Of a stretch of DNA of 64,000 nucleotides, positions 60,446 through 64,000 are shown piece by piece. The stretch spans positions 787,710 to 851,709 of the forward strand of contig JAKAGM010000001.1 of NCBI GenBank assembly GCA_021815445.1. Direction: 5' to 3'. The notes under the pieces are model-generated. The model was given only the letters and a program-made list of their open reading frames with translations, had not been told where the DNA came from and did not search any database. A program made the translations under genes and the position numbers. This stretch comes from a bacterium. GTDB taxonomy: Bacteria > Patescibacteriota > Patescibacteriia > UBA10025. Each line of letters opens with the position of its first letter. Within the stretch, counting starts at the first letter, position 1.

Positions 60446-60569
60446 AATGGTAGTGAGATTACTGTACCGTCAGTATACGCCGAAAGCTTTGTGGGTTACA
60501 CATAATTATCCACTCCCGCCAATTTCATGAATCCGCTTCTAATGAATACTCCTCAGAAGTGACCGGGTA

Positions 60570-62834
60570 TTACGTACCGGGCCTGCGATAGGGATCTACC
60601 CGCGTGAGCGGGGCGTATCCTCCGCCGTCTACTTCTTTTGCACCGGCAAACAGCGCAAACCTGTTGAGGTAGGTGCCCGGGGCAGACGGAGCTTTGAAAT
60701 AAAACTCGAAAGTGCCCGTTTCACCCCGTTTAACAGATTTTTCTTTAAGCTTGGCCACGGTGAAGCCGTTGAGCCAGGTCGAATCTTTAAACGGGCTTTG
60801 CGTGTTACCGAGGTCGTATACCTTCAGCACCGTTCCGCTGTTCCATGCGGTAAGCCCGACATTCTTGAATTTGACGGTTACGCGCGGGCGCCACACGTTT
60901 GCCATGGCTACCGGGATGGTAGAAGAGACAAACTGCGCCTGCACGGTCGGATATATTTTAGTAACCGTGGTTGTATCCGTTTGGGCGATGTTCTGTTTGC
61001 CTGCCAGGCGATACGTATTGAGATACAGGCCCGGAGTTGATGGACTCTTGAGGGCAAAGGTAAATGTTGCCGTTTCGTTTGTCTTTACTACTGTTTCCTT
61101 GAAATCAATCCTGCCGTCTTTGCTCGGCCAGCTAGGACTGTAGAAGCGGCTTTGAGCGTCTCCGAGATCATACATGGCCAATTTAACGTCCCCTTTTTTC
61201 CACGGGGTGAGCCCAGTATTAGTAAATTGGACCGTGACATTTTGGACGCTTTGGATAAATGTCGCGGCGAGCACATTCTGTTTCAGGAGAAGCGCGGCAT
61301 ACGGCAGACCCGTGATCTGCGCCTGAACCGCAAACGATGTGCCTTCAACAGGCGTTCCCGCGGATTGGATGGCAAAATTCTCCGTGACTTCCGCCTGGTC
61401 AGCCGGCGCTCTCACTTTAAAGATGAATCTCCCTGCTTCACCGGGATTGACGTTCGGAGTGGCGAGCGTTCCGGCAATCTGGGGCGACGTCCAGGTGGAA
61501 GCATGGAATGAACTGTCAGTTTGTTGCGCGGCGACGGTGAGCTGAGTGGGGCCGTACGACCTCCACACTGCCGTTCCGGTATTCTGAAACTCCACCCAGA
61601 TATCCTGCTCTGAGCCGTAGTGGATAGAAAGCGGCTGGGCGCTCTGGCCGGCATATTTCATCGCGACTGTCCCGCTGATCTGCCCCCCGCCTACTGCTTC
61701 AAACCGGGCTTCGGCATCAGTCCGGATTGCTGGTAGCTGTGAATAGAGATTCGCGCCGGGGCACAGGGTATTGTCGACATCCCTGTGGGCGACGACGTTG
61801 TTCATGGTTTGGTCCACAAAATAGCTTTGACCGCTCGGAGCGATGCCAAACTTGACCCCGAGATTGGCGATCAGCTTCGTGAGCGACTCGATTGCCTGGG
61901 CTGACGGCGTATTCGTCTCATAATCTCCAAGTACCGAGATGCCGATGCTTCCGCGGTTGTAACCGACTTTTTTCAGTTCGTTATATGTATGCCCTCCGAC
62001 AACACCGTCTCCGCCTGCCCGGCCTTCGTAAATCGTCCCGTTTTTGTCTATCAGATAATTATAGCCGATATCCCCCCAGCCCAAAACGACGGCATGGTAG
62101 TAATAGATGCCCCTCACGGTGGCCGCCGGATCCGCGCCTCCGTCTGACCCTGCGGTGTGATGAACTATAATTTTTTGAGGTTGAGCATATTCGAGCGGCC
62201 AGACTAAAGTCCCGTTTTGGCTTCGCCACGATTCGTCGGCTCCCCACTGCGCCCTGCTTACTATCTGAACATCAGTTCCGCCTACGGCGTGAGCCGCGGC
62301 AACGAGCGAGCGTACGACACCCGCAATTTGCAGAGTGGATGTTTGCTTGCTTGATGAGTCAAAATAGTTGAATGTGAGATGTCGAAGCGTGGGGAGGATC
62401 CCGCCCCCTGCAGTCAACTTATACTGCCATGAGGCGCTAAGATCAACAAAGAACGGCTCGGTATGTTGTTCCCCTTTTTCGCTCCAGCCGTCGGGCATGT
62501 CGCGCAACGGCTCCATGTCCCTCCAGCCGCTCCATGACCCGCCGGTGAGGAAGCGGACGGAGATTGTTACGTTGTCGGGTATTTGGCCATCCCACGAAGC
62601 TCCGATACCGTTGAACGGAAAATCAGCCTTGAACTCAGAAGAGATAAAGGTAGTCGGATCTTGATAGACACTCTGAGCGGGGGCCGACGCCATTGCCGCG
62701 CGAACCGTGCCGCTGTCCGATGCGCGTGCCGCCGGTACGAGAGAAAAGACGCCTGCGATGAGAAAACATCCCAGTAATGCAAACAGGGCGTAGTGTTTCC
62801 TGAACTTTCGTTTCATTTTTGATTTCAACTTCAT
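60570..62834 (-). CDS. N-acetylmuramoyl-L-alanine amidase (PGRP/Amidase_2) with NBR1-Ig-like repeats
   Basis: SRAQWGA, VHHTAG, WGDIGYNYL, YEGRAG, AHRDV..T.CPG; three F.N.G..W..GE Ig-like repeats; likely start ATG 62834. Confidence 0.88.
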   Translation of the reverse strand: MKLKSKMKRKFRKHYALFALLGCFLIAGVFSLVPAARASDSGTVRAAMASAPAQSVYQDPTTFISSEFKADFPFNGIGASWDGQIPDNVTISVRFLTGGSWSGWRDMEPLRDMPDGWSEKGEQHTEPFFVDLSASWQYKLTAGGGILPTLRHLTFNYFDSSSKQTSTLQIAGVVRSLVAAAHAVGGTDVQIVSRAQWGADESWRSQNGTLVWPLEYAQPQKIIVHHTAGSDGGADPAATVRGIYYYHAVVLGWGDIGYNYLIDKNGTIYEGRAGGDGVVGGHTYNELKKVGYNRGSIGISVLGDYETNTPSAQAIESLTKLIANLGVKFGIAPSGQSYFVDQTMNNVVAHRDVDNTLCPGANLYSQLPAIRTDAEARFEAVGGGQISGTVAMKYAGQSAQPLSIHYGSEQDIWVEFQNTGTAVWRSYGPTQLTVAAQQTDSSFHASTWTSPQIAGTLATPNVNPGEAGRFIFKVRAPADQAEVTENFAIQSAGTPVEGTSFAVQAQITGLPYAALLLKQNVLAATFIQSVQNVTVQFTNTGLTPWKKGDVKLAMYDLGDAQSRFYSPSWPSKDGRIDFKETVVKTNETATFTFALKSPSTPGLYLNTYRLAGKQNIAQTDTTTVTKIYPTVQAQFVSSTIPVAMANVWRPRVTVKFKNVGLTAWNSGTVLKVYDLGNTQSPFKDSTWLNGFTVAKLKEKSVKRGETGTFEFYFKAPSAPGTYLNRFALFAGAKEVDGGGYAPLTRVDPYRRPGT

Positions 62835-62972
62835 CCTATAGTATAGCGTATTTTGGGCATTTTGTCCAGTACAATAAGACAACTAATGCGGAACTATAGA
62901 AATGGAGATTATGACAAAGTAGCCGGATGACCGGTTACTTTGTATTGAATAGGTTCTAAACTTACCGAGAGC

Positions 62973-63998
62973 TCATTTCTTTTCCGGCTGAACCGGTTTT
63001 TTCCGACGTACTACGATGAAAAAGATAACAACAATAAGGACAGCGGCAACAGCAATACCAATCCACGTCAGTGTTGATATACCGCTTGTGTCTGCAACCA
63101 CTGGTGCAGTCGTGACGGCATGGGCTGCGGAGATGATAGAGAAGTTCATTGATGCGCTTTCTCCAATTTTTGCTCCCTGAGCATCATACACGGCTACCTT
63201 TGCAGTGTGGTTTCCTACCGCGAGAGTATCGGCGAGAGTATACGTCCAGAATCCTTCATTATTGGTCGTTGTCGTATACGTTCGTTCCTGACTGGCAATG
63301 GTCAAACTAATAGTTGAGTTAGGCTCGGCGATACCCGAAAGTGTTATGTGCTGAGTATCTTTGAAAGTCAAAGTCTTTGTAGCATCTTCAAATGTGACCT
63401 TGCCTTCGTTTTCCGTCACTTTCATGTCCGCAGACTTAAGATAGTCATCCCCAGTCTGTGTGACAGAAGCTACACTTTTCAACCATGTTTGAAGAGTTGC
63501 TAAGGGAGTGGAGTGGTCAAGTTGAAACTGCATTTCGTCGCATCTCGGATAGCGCTTCCACGCATCATAGTATGCCTGATACACGCTCCCGAGATACGCA
63601 TCTGTTGTGCTGTCTTTCGTGAACAGTGTTTTTACCTTGATCGTCGAGGAATTGGAGACTGTGGTCGAAAAACTGCACCCGTATTTGCTTGCTATTTTGC
63701 TCGTTGAGCTGGTATCGGTATTCAGATTGGCAGACGTATTAGTGTTTACAACTGCCGTATTGGTATTCTGGTTCGTATTTTCAGAATCAGACTTTGTGAC
63801 GGTAAATACCGGCCCTGTGACGTCGTACTGAACGATATCGCCACCCGGGTCTACGTCGTTGGAATCAGAATACTTAGCTATGCGTATTGCGCCTGTAGAG
63901 GCATTAGAAGGGACTATCGCTTGGATTGAGGTATCAGTCCAACTGTCAATTCCGAAATCATGGTTGGTGACGTAGCCGTTACCAAAGTAGACCCAGAG
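62973..63998 (-). CDS. Surface protein with IPT/TIG and Ig-like domains and C-terminal TM anchor (5' end outside window)
   Basis: Frame stays open to the window end: WVYFG...IDSWTDTSIQAIVPSNASTG (IPT-like), LSGIAEPNS..G.WTY (Big-like), TM + RRKK. Confidence 0.75.
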   Translation of the reverse strand, partial: LWVYFGNGYVTNHDFGIDSWTDTSIQAIVPSNASTGAIRIAKYSDSNDVDPGGDIVQYDVTGPVFTVTKSDSENTNQNTNTAVVNTNTSANLNTDTSSTSKIASKYGCSFSTTVSNSSTIKVKTLFTKDSTTDAYLGSVYQAYYDAWKRYPRCDEMQFQLDHSTPLATLQTWLKSVASVTQTGDDYLKSADMKVTENEGKVTFEDATKTLTFKDTQHITLSGIAEPNSTISLTIASQERTYTTTTNNEGFWTYTLADTLAVGNHTAKVAVYDAQGAKIGESASMNFSIISAAHAVTTAPVVADTSGISTLTWIGIAVAAVLIVVIFFIVVRRKKPVQPEKK

Positions 63999-64000
63999 AT

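Overview
Bacterial chromosome window, most likely Patescibacteria/CPR (Parcubacteria-like). This is an inference from the divergent stand-alone 16S rRNA, a short SMC, tRNA-Ile(UAU), a DUF5654-like protein and pilin-like membrane proteins. It holds core genes (trmD, khpA, rpsP, smc, rnc, nusB, rpmF, gyrA, rpsA, ftsH, cca, rluA-family, rplS), a 16S rRNA with no adjacent 23S, and 10 intact tRNAs. It also has a TrmB-led nucleotide-sanitising/repair operon and a pyrBI-pyrD-pyrK-pyrC-pyrE-pyrF-argF operon without carAB, next to a lone purD. The most striking signal is non-coding. Seven tRNA loci are flanked by 'ghost' tRNA fragments: collinear pieces of tRNA split by structured hairpin inserts, often from a different allele than the intact neighbour. 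The intact tRNA-Phe sits inside an inverted-repeat insert within a shattered older tRNA-Phe. One insert family with a conserved AACTGCTT hairpin and covarying stems occurs four times. At tRNA-Gly(GCC), repeats built on the tRNA 3' end separate a tandem array of small gene cassettes, with no integrase in the window. Together these suggest a tRNA-targeting hairpin-element/cassette system whose mechanism is unknown. All assignments come from reading the sequence by eye; no database searches were run.
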